Origin: Patescibacteria group bacterium
Lineage (GTDB): Bacteria > Patescibacteriota > Microgenomatia > UBA1400 > PJMF01
DNA length: 64,000 nucleotides
Direction of reading: 5' to 3'
NCBI GenBank assembly: GCA_016861205.1
Contig: BOKX01000001.1
Span: forward strand, 328,539 to 392,538
Of the stretch, positions 27,621 to 37,663 are shown piece by piece; positions within the stretch are counted from its first letter, which is position 1; every line of letters begins with the position of its first letter. The notes beneath the pieces were generated by a model. The model searched no databases and was not told the origin of the DNA. It saw nothing but the letters and a program-made list of their open reading frames with translations. Made by a program: the position numbers and the translations under genes.

Positions 27621-28241
27621 CTACCATTTTGAGATCATTGCCCGTGGCGTTCTAGCTAAAATCTTCAAATCATTCCAAATTGAACGCTGACGAGCGTACT
27701 CAGCATCCATCTTGGCACGTGTCACAAAGGGCACTTCATTACGACCACCTGTTTGCCAGGGGCCAGTGATTCCGGGCTTAACAGACAAAATATCGTTGGC
27801 GTATGACTTCGTTTCGGGGTAGCGACTCGTCTGCTCATCGAGCTCACGCTTCACGTAGGCACGTGGTCCAACCATGCTCATTTCTCCCTTGAGCACGTTG
27901 TAGAGCTGCGGAAACTCGTCAATCGTTAACGATCGCAAAATCTTGCCCAACTTTGTAATCCGCGGGTCATTTTTGACTTTCCAGTCGTTTTTCTTAAACT
28001 CTTCGAGTAGCTTTTTGTCGTGTTTGTGCAAGATGTCATCGGCATCTTTGACCATCGACCGAAACTTGTACAAGTTAAATTCTTCACCCTGCTGTCCAAC
28101 TCGTTTGTGTTTGAAAATGACCGGCCAACCTGAATCAAAGTAGATTAAAACCGGTACGATAAACCAAAACGGTAAGAAAAGTATCGTCAGTGTCAGGGCC
28201 ACAACCAAATCAAGAATTCGTTTTTGCTGTTCGTAGTGCAT
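27621..28241 (-). CDS. Priming sugar-phosphate transferase (Bac_transf, small monotopic phosphoglycosyl transferase)
   Basis: KRILDL, YKFRSM, DPRITKLG, IDEFPQLYNVLKGEMSMVGPR, KPGITG. Confidence 0.94.
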   Translation of the reverse strand: MHYEQQKRILDLVVALTLTILFLPFWFIVPVLIYFDSGWPVIFKHKRVGQQGEEFNLYKFRSMVKDADDILHKHDKKLLEEFKKNDWKVKNDPRITKLGKILRSLTIDEFPQLYNVLKGEMSMVGPRAYVKRELDEQTSRYPETKSYANDILSVKPGITGPWQTGGRNEVPFVTRAKMDAEYARQRSIWNDLKILARTPRAMISKW

Positions 28242-28249
28242 GGCAGGCT

Positions 28250-29356
28250 TTACAAGTACTCTTTCTGGTCACGCTCTTTCAGTTGCTCAACCAGCTTTTT
28301 AACATCTTGGCTTCTGGATTTGGGAGCGATCATGATGACATCAGGTGTATCAACCACAATCATCTCTGACATTCCCACCATAGCCACCAACTTGTCACCA
28401 ACGTGGATTAAGTTGTTGTGTGAGTCGATCACCAATGTCTTAGACTCTGGCTCTTTGTTATCACCTATAATGACATTTCCATCGGTGTTTTTCTCACCTA
28501 AATCATACACGACTTTCCACTCACCGATATCATCCCAACCAAAATCGCCCGCGATCAGCAGCAAGTTATCCGCCTTTTCAGAAATTGCGTAGTCGATGGA
28601 AATACTTGGGACTGTCGCATACACATCAGGAAGCGCAATCGCAAAGTCTTTTTTCGACATCTCACCTAGGGCTTTCGTGGCCTCATGCATTTCAGGCATG
28701 TACTTGGCAAAAGCCGCCTCGAGTGCAGCTGCTGACCAGACATAGTTATTGGCGTTCCAAAAATACTTACCTGTTGAAATAAAAGCCCGAGCTGTTGCTA
28801 CGTTTGGCTTCTCAGTGAAACTATCAACTTTGAAAACAGGGGTGCTTTTAATTTTTTTGAGCTCCTGACCAACCTTGATATAGCCAAAAGCGCTTGATGG
28901 ATACGTTGGTGTAATGCCCACAGACACAAGTGACTCCTCATCACTAGCCACTTCGGCTGCCACTTTCATCAGTCGTAAAAACTCCTTCTCATTGATCACA
29001 ATATGATCGGCAGCATCATTCACCAAAATGGCGTGGGGGTCTTGAGCCTTAGCAAACAAAGCCGCTGACAACATGGCCATGGCTGTGTCTCGTTTTTCGG
29101 GCTCAGCAATGATGTTGCCCGCTGGAATTTCTGGGAGTTGGCTAGCAACATCATCGACATACTGCTTCGTAGTGACAACGATGATTTTTTCCCAAGGAAC
29201 TAACTTTGCAAACCGGTTGGCCGTCATCTGCAACATGGTGTCTTCACCATAGAGGCGCAGAAACTGCTTGGGGGTTTTGCTGCGAGATTTTGGCCATAAT
29301 CGGGTTCCGCCACCACCAGCCAGAATGACTGCAAAAGTATGATCTAAGGGATTCAT
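28250..29356 (-). CDS. manC: Mannose-1-phosphate guanylyltransferase (start set to ATG 29356)
   Basis: ILAGGGGTRLWPKSR..PKQFL, EPEKRDT, FTEKP, SIDYAISEK, GWDDIG. Confidence 0.93.
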   Translation of the reverse strand: MNPLDHTFAVILAGGGGTRLWPKSRSKTPKQFLRLYGEDTMLQMTANRFAKLVPWEKIIVVTTKQYVDDVASQLPEIPAGNIIAEPEKRDTAMAMLSAALFAKAQDPHAILVNDAADHIVINEKEFLRLMKVAAEVASDEESLVSVGITPTYPSSAFGYIKVGQELKKIKSTPVFKVDSFTEKPNVATARAFISTGKYFWNANNYVWSAAALEAAFAKYMPEMHEATKALGEMSKKDFAIALPDVYATVPSISIDYAISEKADNLLLIAGDFGWDDIGEWKVVYDLGEKNTDGNVIIGDNKEPESKTLVIDSHNNLIHVGDKLVAMVGMSEMIVVDTPDVIMIAPKSRSQDVKKLVEQLKERDQKEYL

Positions 29357-29357
29357 G

Positions 29358-30509
29358 TTATCCTTTCTGATGCTTTCGCCATGCCGTAGCAACCAGAGTC
29401 CGCCACTGCCGACAAAACTCATTTGTATCATATTTCTTTAGTTTTCGCTGGACAAGATCAGGGTCCACCTGACATGTCAGGAGTTTCGGCAAAGCTGCTA
29501 CCACGTCTGATGTGGTTTCGTCGGCAATCTCAACTTTTGCTGAGTCTGGAATGATCTCTGCTACTCCACTTCGGGCGTGAACTAGAACCGGAATTCCTCG
29601 CGTAACTGCCTCGGCAGCGGTAATCCCAAAGTCCTCTAAACCTGGCATCAACAGACCAGTTGCTTGTTCATAGTGCGTCTCTAGCTGCTGAGCCGTTACC
29701 TGCCCAACAAAAGTAATTAACTGATCTGCACCCGGCAGACTATTCACTAGCCGCTGGAGTCTTCGTCTGTCAGGACCGTCACCAATAATCTTCAAGCGAT
29801 AGCCAGAGATGGCACAAGCCTCAATGGCTAGATCAAGTCGTTTGTAAGCTACCAGCCGAGACACACAAATAAAGTTTGGCGTGGTAACTGGATGATCATA
29901 ATTTTTGGGGAGGGTTGCTGATATTGGTGGGTATATGACTGACTCGGTTGACCGCGAGTACGTTGCTACCACACGGTCAGCAACAAGATTTGAGATAGGT
30001 ATGACAAGATCTGGTCTCCAAGCTGAAACCTGATCAACTCGTCGCAAGTAAGCCAAAAGTGGTTGCGCTAACTTAGAGCTGAGCTTCGCCAGCGGCAGCT
30101 GCGCTTGATACGCCTGTTGATGACTGTATAAATAGCGAGGCGGTGTTAGCAGATAACAAACATGAAGTTGCTGTGGTTGCGTCAGAATACCTTTTGCGGG
30201 ACCACTCGTCACTGAAATCACAACCTCGTACTCTGACAGAGAGAGGCTTTCGGCTGCCAGCGGCAGTAAAGGTGCCAGCCACCGATGGGATCGCCACGGC
30301 AGTGGTAGCCGATTCAACCAGCTACTTACCACCTGCCAACTTTGCAACCAAGCGACTCGATCAGGTCGAGTTAATGTGGTGAAGAGGGGCGCGGTTGGAA
30401 AAGCCGCATGCAACGCTGAAAGTACTTGTTCAGCACCACCATATGGTGTAGTTGCCCAGTCATACACGATCGCGACGCGAGGTGATCTTGAGCGTGACTG
30501 GTTTGTCAT
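29358..30509 (-). CDS. GT4 glycosyltransferase (probable mannosyltransferase)
   Basis: YDW..GGAEQVL, VSRLVAYKR, EDFGITAAEA. Confidence 0.9.
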   Translation of the reverse strand: MTNQSRSRSPRVAIVYDWATTPYGGAEQVLSALHAAFPTAPLFTTLTRPDRVAWLQSWQVVSSWLNRLPLPWRSHRWLAPLLPLAAESLSLSEYEVVISVTSGPAKGILTQPQQLHVCYLLTPPRYLYSHQQAYQAQLPLAKLSSKLAQPLLAYLRRVDQVSAWRPDLVIPISNLVADRVVATYSRSTESVIYPPISATLPKNYDHPVTTPNFICVSRLVAYKRLDLAIEACAISGYRLKIIGDGPDRRRLQRLVNSLPGADQLITFVGQVTAQQLETHYEQATGLLMPGLEDFGITAAEAVTRGIPVLVHARSGVAEIIPDSAKVEIADETTSDVVAALPKLLTCQVDPDLVQRKLKKYDTNEFCRQWRTLVATAWRKHQKG

Positions 30510-31606
30510 ATGGCTAGTGCTTGGCGATACGTAACCAATGTCTGTTTTGTCATAGCGAGCCAGCTGTACTGCTTAACAAGCCGCGCCACCTGAGTTGAAG
30601 TTGGTTGATGAGTCGCAACTTCTGCCACAGCACGGACAAAATCTGCTGGTGAGTATGGGTCAAAGTAAACTGCTGCATCAGCATAGATTTCGTGAAAAAT
30701 AGGAATGTTTGAAGCTAGCACTGGTGCTCCAGCTGCCAAAGCCTCCACCCCAGTCAATCCAAAACCTTCGGAGAGTGAAGGCTGGACCAAAGCGGTGGCA
30801 GTTAGATAGCGGCGTCGAAGTTCGGCATCGGTTACGTACCCCACAAACTCAACACGATCACTGACATGTAGCTCACGAGCTAGCCGGCGGGTTTGATCCT
30901 GAAACACGTTTCTTGCCCCAACAAGCACCAGTTTATAGTCAGGCAACAGTCGCAACGCTTGAATGACCACTTGGATATTCTTGTGCGGATAGAGCGAACC
31001 AACATACAGCAGCTCTGGCTGTTTTTTGCCTGGGTGACGAGAGACAGGGGTTTTAAATGCTTCAGCAATTCCCTCTTTTGTAACAACCACCTTGGCCTCA
31101 GCCGAGGGATAGTGTCGGCTCAACGTGTGCTTGATTGTTTCGGCTGGAACCAAAACAGCAGTAGCTCGCTGTATGGCTGCCGTGGCTACCAAACGATAGG
31201 CCCAGTACTTGATCCAGTACCAGAGCGGCGATAAGGTGGTCACACGCTGACCACGATACTCATGCCACAACAAGTCATGAATGGTCACCACTAACTTTCC
31301 CCGATACAGCAACGGCACATTAAAATGTGGCACGTGGAGTAAATTAAGGTGAGCCTGATTTAAAACTCGAGGCCATTGCCACTGTTCAGCAAAGGAGTAA
31401 TGCCGGATCGGAGCAAACTTAACTTCCACATTTGCAGGTAAGTCAACACCACCCATCACCTGTTGGAGTTGTTTGGCATCATGAAAAAAATACACCCACG
31501 TCACGTCTTGACCGACTTGCGGCAAGCGTTGAACGAGATTCTCGATATATCGACCGATGCCGGCGTGACGTAATCCCGCCAGCCGGCAATCGACGCCTAT
31601 TCTCAT
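30506..31606 (-). CDS. GT4 glycosyltransferase
   Basis: GIGRYIENL, TIHDL, PHKN, PSLSEGFGLTGVEA. Confidence 0.92.
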   Translation of the reverse strand: MRIGVDCRLAGLRHAGIGRYIENLVQRLPQVGQDVTWVYFFHDAKQLQQVMGGVDLPANVEVKFAPIRHYSFAEQWQWPRVLNQAHLNLLHVPHFNVPLLYRGKLVVTIHDLLWHEYRGQRVTTLSPLWYWIKYWAYRLVATAAIQRATAVLVPAETIKHTLSRHYPSAEAKVVVTKEGIAEAFKTPVSRHPGKKQPELLYVGSLYPHKNIQVVIQALRLLPDYKLVLVGARNVFQDQTRRLARELHVSDRVEFVGYVTDAELRRRYLTATALVQPSLSEGFGLTGVEALAAGAPVLASNIPIFHEIYADAAVYFDPYSPADFVRAVAEVATHQPTSTQVARLVKQYSWLAMTKQTLVTYRQALAI

Positions 31607-31618
31607 AATAGTGATAGT

Positions 31619-31987
31619 TTACTTCTTAAACTTGGTTGCTTTTTTGGTACTAGCACTAACAGTAGCTACGCTGGGGCTGCATTGACAGTTTTCGCAATCA
31701 CAACCCATTTCCATCATCTGCATTTCCAGTTTTTTGGCTTTTGCGTCGCGCATAAAGTTACCAGCCATGGCGTACACAAAATAACCCACACCCACTACAA
31801 ACGCGGCGACTGGAATGTACTCTAAGAGCTTAGGTTGCTCGGTCAAATCCATGTTCGCGTAGTAGTACTTAAATAAGAGCTGTGGCAGCACTGACGCCAT
31901 GAAGAGTGCAAACACAAACACCGCGATGGACTCGACGGCTTTACTGATGTTTTGAGCTCGTAAAGATTGAGCTTGGAAATGATGCAT
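31619..31987 (-). CDS. Small 2-TM protein with Cys-rich C-terminus (start set to ATG 31987)
   Basis: GGAGG RBS and TAATG coupling to the upstream GT2; two TMs, then CDCENCQC and a Lys-rich tail. Confidence 0.75.
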   Translation of the reverse strand: MHHFQAQSLRAQNISKAVESIAVFVFALFMASVLPQLLFKYYYANMDLTEQPKLLEYIPVAAFVVGVGYFVYAMAGNFMRDAKAKKLEMQMMEMGCDCENCQCSPSVATVSASTKKATKFKK

Positions 31988-32865
31988 TAGATGCCTCCCT
32001 TTTTGATAGTAATTACTGCATTGACCAACCAACGAACCCACTCTGGGTACTGCTGACGGTAGTGCTTATCATAATACTGGCTCATTGTATCGTAAAAGTA
32101 GTCACGTGTCTTGCGCCTGACAGAGTCCGAGTTACTCGACATACCAGACTTGTACTTGTGGTGAATCAAAACTACTTCGGGGTGAAAAATAATCTGGAAA
32201 CCTTGGGCTCGAAACCGATGACACCAATCTAAGTCTTCAGCATAGAAAAAGAACCGCTCGTCGAGTAAACCCACCTTGGCAATGGCTGTTTGGCGCACGA
32301 TCATAGCCGCACCTGAACACGCCTCGATCTCATGAACTTGAGTCAAATCTTGATAGGTTTGATGGTATTGTCCCAACCATTTTGAGGCTGGTGACAATTT
32401 GCTCAAACCAGTGAAGTACGTAAATGCGGCCCATAAGGTAGGTTCACCACGATGACAAGCCCAATCTAGTTCACCCGTTGATAGCACCAACTTTGGTGTC
32501 ACTACCGCCACCTGCTTGTTCGCATCGAGGTAGTCTAAGAGCACATCGAGGTTTGAGTCTGATGTGAACTCCACATCTGAGTTCAACAACATCACATAGC
32601 GCCCCTTGGCCTGCTTTAAACCCACGTTGTTTCCAGCCGAGAAACCCAGGTTTTCTTTAAGCGCGATAACCTTGACCCATTTATACTGCTTTTCCAGAAA
32701 CTGAACCGAGTCATCGCTGCTACCATTGTCCACCACTATCACATCCACTTTCCGTTTCGTCTTAGCCAGGTACTCTGCTTTGAGTGAGTTCAACGTTGTT
32801 TTCAACCAAAACTGACCGTTGTAGTTAACGATGATAATGCTTAAATCTGCGACAGCGGCCGACAT
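31987..32865 (-). CDS. GT2 glycosyltransferase (WbbL-like)
   Basis: SIIIVNYN, VDNGSSD, NLGFSAGNN, LLNSD, DERFFFYAEDLDWC. Confidence 0.92.
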   Translation of the reverse strand: MSAAVADLSIIIVNYNGQFWLKTTLNSLKAEYLAKTKRKVDVIVVDNGSSDDSVQFLEKQYKWVKVIALKENLGFSAGNNVGLKQAKGRYVMLLNSDVEFTSDSNLDVLLDYLDANKQVAVVTPKLVLSTGELDWACHRGEPTLWAAFTYFTGLSKLSPASKWLGQYHQTYQDLTQVHEIEACSGAAMIVRQTAIAKVGLLDERFFFYAEDLDWCHRFRAQGFQIIFHPEVVLIHHKYKSGMSSNSDSVRRKTRDYFYDTMSQYYDKHYRQQYPEWVRWLVNAVITIKKGGI

Positions 32866-32876
32866 GCTGGTCTTTC

Positions 32877-34082
32877 TTAGTGATCTGACTTTGGTTTACT
32901 AAAACTACGATAAAGCCGATCTAGTTTTTTCGCAATCTGATCCCAGTCAAAATTCTTGCCTACAAACGCGTGCCCACGCTTGGCTAGCTCCGCCCTGAGT
33001 GCTGAATTCTTTAACAAACGGACTGTCTGGTCAGCTAGCTCCTGGGCATCAGCCCCTATTAAAACTTCTTGTTCGGGTTTTACAGCTAATCCTTCCACTG
33101 CGATCGGAGTGGCCACCACCGGAGTTTCTGAGGCTAAAGCTTCGAGAATTTTATAGCGGGTCCCTTTGCCACTAAATACTGGCGCTACCAAAACATGTGC
33201 TCCCTTGAAAGCATCGCGAATATCTGGGATTCCTCCTGTCACTGTAATCGAGGTATCTTTGTGTTGAAAAGCCACGACCTCTTTCGTCGGGGCATTACCT
33301 ACAATCCATAACCGCGCGTTGGGGACTTGTTGCTTAATGAGTGGCCAAACTTCGGCCACCAGGAAACTGACTGCTTCCACGTTTGGCAACCATTTAAAGG
33401 TTCCCACAGACAACACTGTCGGCTCCGTAGGTATGGCCGCCTTTTTCTCTTCAAACCACTCTAAATCAACGCCATTTGCAACAACTTCAATTTTGGTGTC
33501 ACTCCCGATTTCTTGCGCAATAAACTGCTTATCTTCCTCGCTCATGACCACCAGTTGCTGACACGCTTCCCAGTAGTACTTTTCCCAACGTTTAATCTTG
33601 TCAATGTCGATGCGCAACAACGGTCGCAACCACTTTTTTGCCCGGTTGGCATAACTTTCGTAGCCCAGATACTCGATCGTTTGCTCAACCAGCATCACAG
33701 GCACATCTGTCTTTGGCAGATGAGGCATCATGTAAAACGTTTCCGCGTGAATCAGATCGTACGCTCCATTTTGGAGCTCCGCTTGAATGGCCTTGGTAGC
33801 TGATGGGGCGTGATTGCGAATCACTAAGAACGGATAGGAAGAAATCGCAGTTTGCAAAATATTTTTGAGCGTGAATGGCTTGTGAGAGCGTTTAAAAAGC
33901 TTAACTTTAGCGCAGTACTTCTCGAGCTCAGCGATGTATTGACGCTCGCTGTTTTCTTTAATCAAGGCAAACAAGGTAATTTCGTGCTCTTGCGAAAGCT
34001 TTTTGAGTAAGTTGTACGTCCGAATCTGCCCACCCGATAACAATGGGTATGGCAAGTAGGGAGTCAGCATTAAAATTTTCAT
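32877..34082 (-). CDS. GT4 glycosyltransferase
   Basis: PYPLLSGGQIR, NGVD, PNVEA, GTRYKILEALA. Confidence 0.9.
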   Translation of the reverse strand: MKILMLTPYLPYPLLSGGQIRTYNLLKKLSQEHEITLFALIKENSERQYIAELEKYCAKVKLFKRSHKPFTLKNILQTAISSYPFLVIRNHAPSATKAIQAELQNGAYDLIHAETFYMMPHLPKTDVPVMLVEQTIEYLGYESYANRAKKWLRPLLRIDIDKIKRWEKYYWEACQQLVVMSEEDKQFIAQEIGSDTKIEVVANGVDLEWFEEKKAAIPTEPTVLSVGTFKWLPNVEAVSFLVAEVWPLIKQQVPNARLWIVGNAPTKEVVAFQHKDTSITVTGGIPDIRDAFKGAHVLVAPVFSGKGTRYKILEALASETPVVATPIAVEGLAVKPEQEVLIGADAQELADQTVRLLKNSALRAELAKRGHAFVGKNFDWDQIAKKLDRLYRSFSKPKSDH

Positions 34083-34108
34083 AGTTCCTGACTAGTACTT
34101 AGAGCAAT

Positions 34109-36028
34109 CTAGCTTCGTCGGGTACGACGCGTTCGTGGTTTCGTTTTCGCACCTCGGGATCGCTTGCCTGCTTTTGATTTGGTCGCCGAAGCCGTCTTGA
34201 TGGCCTGAGCTAACGTCACTGATTCGGCATCCCCAGGTTGAACGGGAGATAGAGTAGCCAGCTTTTCATCTTTTTGGCGGCGGGTAATGTACAAGGCTGC
34301 CATCGCCAAACCGGCCAAACTCCAGTAGGTTTGAGCAACCTTCGAAGCCGCAAATACGTCGATGTAAATGGCGTTCAGCAGCAAACCAATACTGCCACCG
34401 ATAAAGCCAACCGCCACCGAGCTCACTAACCAGTCCGCATCTTTGATACGGCGGAAAGACTTAACGAGCAAGTACACGATTGCACCGTAGAAAACGATAA
34501 AGCCAATCGCGCCCGTCTCACCGAGTGTGCGCAGGTAGTTATTGTCAGTACTATCCGCTTCGGTAAAGATCTCGATCCCTTCTTTGGTAAGCGTCGCATA
34601 ACCCGTACCTAGGAACGGGTTGTACAAGAAACCTTCCAAAGCTCGTGGCCAGAGCGTTTCCAGCCGGATACATAGCGACAATTCTTTCTCAAGTGCACAT
34701 TCAGAGTAAACTCTTGGTCGCTGCACTTTTTTCACCACTTTCTCACCCTGTTCATCAACTGTGGTGACTTCTACCAAGTCAGGGATGTTCTCATATACAC
34801 CGGCCGGTAAGTGAGTGGGAGCCGGTGCCTTGAAAATTGGCGGTGCCGATACCAACGGTTTAGAACCATTATCACCTGTCGGTGTTGGTGGCTGATCTTT
34901 GCTACTGGCAACTTCTTGAGTCGCAGCCAACTCAGCGGCGATCTGGGCCGCAACTTGATCGGTTGAAACACCATTGGCGGGTTGCTTATCGGTTTTGGGC
35001 AACATTTCTTGCAAGCGCTTCGGCGACAGGGGCAAGCTGGCCACCTGCTCATCGCTGAGTACCACTCTTCGCCAGTCTGTTAGCTGCGCCGCAGCTGAGG
35101 CTAAGGTCGGGTTAGCATTGACCACATGTCCCAATCTTTCCGACAGGTCAGCTCCGAAGTAGTAAAACAGGACTAAGATGCCAAGCAGCGTCAGCGTTCC
35201 ACGACTCAAAGCAAACCTGATTCGCTGTGACCAATTAGTCTGTAGTAAGGCTGTAATTAAAACAACTAGACCAACACCTCCCAAGTAGGCGGCGAATGGC
35301 ATTCGAGATGCACTCAAGATAAGCAACCAACTCCCCAGCCAAAAAGTGAGCCACAAACCTCGCTTGGCCCAGGTATGGGCGGTTTTCAGGGCCAACGCCA
35401 AGATAAGTGGTAACACGGCCACCATGTAAGCTGCCATGTCGTAATGCCCGGCAAATGTTGACTGTACACGCGCGTACTGGGTCAGATATAAACGAATACC
35501 TTTGCTAAACTCTCGATTCATTGTCGAGTACACCGGCCAATAGTAGTATTTTTGACCATACCCATACGCTGCAATTGCAACTACGGTGGCCACGAGCAAG
35601 CCAAGGATAACCTTCAACTGCCAGCGGTGCTTAATAGAACTAAATGCAATAAAAAACAGCGTGAAGTACTCAAGGTAGCGGAAGTAATGGAGGATGGTTT
35701 TGCCTAAGTGCAAGGGCTGCAGCGGCACGGTCTGAGTAACGTACACAGCTGAGACTGTTGAGGCCGCTCCCACAATGGCATACGCCACTACCCACCAGAA
35801 GAAACCCACATTCCAAGTGATCTTTCGTCTCAAGGCTTGAACGAGCCATACTAGACTTGCTCCCAAGATTACAAAGTCCTCTAAGCGCACCCGAACGATG
35901 TACTGCTCGATTGGGCTCCACAGCGGAATCTTAGGATACAGAGGTACAAAAACGATGAGCAAACAGGCGAGCACAAACAACAGATACTCATCCAACCAAC
36001 GTCCAACTTTCGAAAGGGTGTGCCACAT
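34109..36028 (-). CDS. O-antigen ligase / O-oligosaccharyltransferase-like polytopic protein
   Basis: Many TMs, RVQSTFAGHYD, SASR, R..LWPRA..NPFLGTG, DNNYLRTLGETG (Wzy_C-type pattern). Confidence 0.8.
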   Translation of the reverse strand: MWHTLSKVGRWLDEYLLFVLACLLIVFVPLYPKIPLWSPIEQYIVRVRLEDFVILGASLVWLVQALRRKITWNVGFFWWVVAYAIVGAASTVSAVYVTQTVPLQPLHLGKTILHYFRYLEYFTLFFIAFSSIKHRWQLKVILGLLVATVVAIAAYGYGQKYYYWPVYSTMNREFSKGIRLYLTQYARVQSTFAGHYDMAAYMVAVLPLILALALKTAHTWAKRGLWLTFWLGSWLLILSASRMPFAAYLGGVGLVVLITALLQTNWSQRIRFALSRGTLTLLGILVLFYYFGADLSERLGHVVNANPTLASAAAQLTDWRRVVLSDEQVASLPLSPKRLQEMLPKTDKQPANGVSTDQVAAQIAAELAATQEVASSKDQPPTPTGDNGSKPLVSAPPIFKAPAPTHLPAGVYENIPDLVEVTTVDEQGEKVVKKVQRPRVYSECALEKELSLCIRLETLWPRALEGFLYNPFLGTGYATLTKEGIEIFTEADSTDNNYLRTLGETGAIGFIVFYGAIVYLLVKSFRRIKDADWLVSSVAVGFIGGSIGLLLNAIYIDVFAASKVAQTYWSLAGLAMAALYITRRQKDEKLATLSPVQPGDAESVTLAQAIKTASATKSKAGKRSRGAKTKPRTRRTRRS

Positions 36029-36037
36029 AGATTGTTC

Positions 36038-37030
36038 CTAGTTACGGCCCTGCCACAACTCACGGTAAGCTTTCTGACGAGCCTTATGTTTACCCATTGT
36101 ACCAAATAACCACCATCTCCATAGGGCACCAAGTTTCAAAATGGCCTTGACCAACGGCAGTTGCCAGTGAGGCTTGTGTTTCGCCCAAACGTATAAATAC
36201 CCTTTGTATTCACCCTTTATAGCGTTGACCGAACTCGAGCTGGCACTACCAATGTGAGTAACTTGCGCCGCTGGTTGAATAACTACATCCCAGTGATGAT
36301 GCTTCGCCCTCATGCAAAACTCGATGTCTTCGCCATACATAAAGATTCGGTCATCAAGCAAACCAATCTCGTCAAACACACTCCGCCGAATAGCCATGGC
36401 GGTTCCCCCCACCCAATCTCTGACTGCCAACTCCTGACTCAGTTCGATGGCACGCTGACCCGTGTGCTGGGTCGAAGGCAACCACTTGCCCAACACCGGA
36501 ATGTCATCCAGCATCAGCCACTGGGCCGCCAGCGACAAGAGCGTAGGAAAAGAACCACCTTGGTGTTGAACTGTCCCATCAGTGTTGAGCAACAGCGCCG
36601 ACACAATTCCCAACCGGTCAATATCACCCTGCGTTCTAGCCAGCTGGGCGCGGCTTTCCTGAATTGGATGCGTATCGAATGTTTGCACAATCGCTTGTAA
36701 TGCCCCCGGTTTAATCTCGGTATCCGAGTTGAGCAACAAAATAATTTCGCCCTTGGCGGACTGAATACCTTGGTTGTTCGCTCCCGAAAAACCCAAGTTA
36801 TGATCATTGATAATCACCTTAAACTTCTTGGGCTGTTTTAGGGCCAACTGACGCAAGTACTTTGGTGAATCATCACTCGAATTATTATCAACAAAGATTA
36901 GCTCAGTGCGCTTAGCTAGATCCGGATAGTTCTTCAGATCACTCATCACTGACTCAACCGTTTGCTCCGTCAACATTCGCGTGTTGTACGACACGATAAT
37001 GATAGAAAGTTTGAGCGACTCTTCAGTCAT
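36038..37030 (-). CDS. GT2 glycosyltransferase (WbbL-like; start probably ATG 37030)
   Basis: SIIIVSYN, VDNNSSD, NLGFSGANN, LLNSDT, FMYGEDIEFC. Confidence 0.9.
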   Translation of the reverse strand: MTEESLKLSIIIVSYNTRMLTEQTVESVMSDLKNYPDLAKRTELIFVDNNSSDDSPKYLRQLALKQPKKFKVIINDHNLGFSGANNQGIQSAKGEIILLLNSDTEIKPGALQAIVQTFDTHPIQESRAQLARTQGDIDRLGIVSALLLNTDGTVQHQGGSFPTLLSLAAQWLMLDDIPVLGKWLPSTQHTGQRAIELSQELAVRDWVGGTAMAIRRSVFDEIGLLDDRIFMYGEDIEFCMRAKHHHWDVVIQPAAQVTHIGSASSSSVNAIKGEYKGYLYVWAKHKPHWQLPLVKAILKLGALWRWWLFGTMGKHKARQKAYRELWQGRN

Positions 37031-37041
37031 AATTGTTGTAC

Positions 37042-37659
37042 TTACTGAAACCACCTGGCTCGACCTAAACGATACTTCAGCTCGCCAGCTCGCTCGCCAA
37101 TTACTTTGGCTGGCACTCCAGCGGCGATACTATTGGCTGGCACCGACTTTGTCACCACTGCGCCTGCTCCGATCGCTGCACCACGACCAATACTCACACC
37201 CGGCAAAATAATCACTCTAGGTCCAATGAACACATAGTCTTCAATCACAACCGGCTCTTCAATAGCTCGGAAACGCTCATCAGTTAGGTCATGTTGACTG
37301 GTCCAAATCATAACTTCTGAGGCAATATCAACATGGTTACCAATAGTCACCCCGCTCTTTGAACTAGCGAGTTGCCGACGGCCGTCTATGGTAACTCGCT
37401 CACCAACAATGGTGTCATCACCAATCGTCACAAACCTCGGGTCAAAAAATCGCCCCATCATGTGAATCGTCGAGCCATGGCCAATCTTCATACCAGCTAA
37501 GCGATAGAAAAACCGCCTCAAGTGATGTGAGGGGACGTACCCGACTCCCCACCATAAAAAACCAGTCACAAACTCCAGCCAAATACTGCTTAGCCGGTTG
37601 AGTACCTTTGCGGTCAAGGACCGTCGACCTGTTTGGGAAACATCTGTTGAACCTGTCAT
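37042..37659 (-). CDS. Hexapeptide-repeat (LbH) O-acetyltransferase
   Basis: IGHGSTI/IGDDTIV/IGNHVDI repeats, IEDYVFIG, GAVVTKSV, GVPAK. Confidence 0.9.
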   Translation of the reverse strand: MTGSTDVSQTGRRSLTAKVLNRLSSIWLEFVTGFLWWGVGYVPSHHLRRFFYRLAGMKIGHGSTIHMMGRFFDPRFVTIGDDTIVGERVTIDGRRQLASSKSGVTIGNHVDIASEVMIWTSQHDLTDERFRAIEEPVVIEDYVFIGPRVIILPGVSIGRGAAIGAGAVVTKSVPANSIAAGVPAKVIGERAGELKYRLGRARWFQ

Positions 37660-37663
37660 ACCA

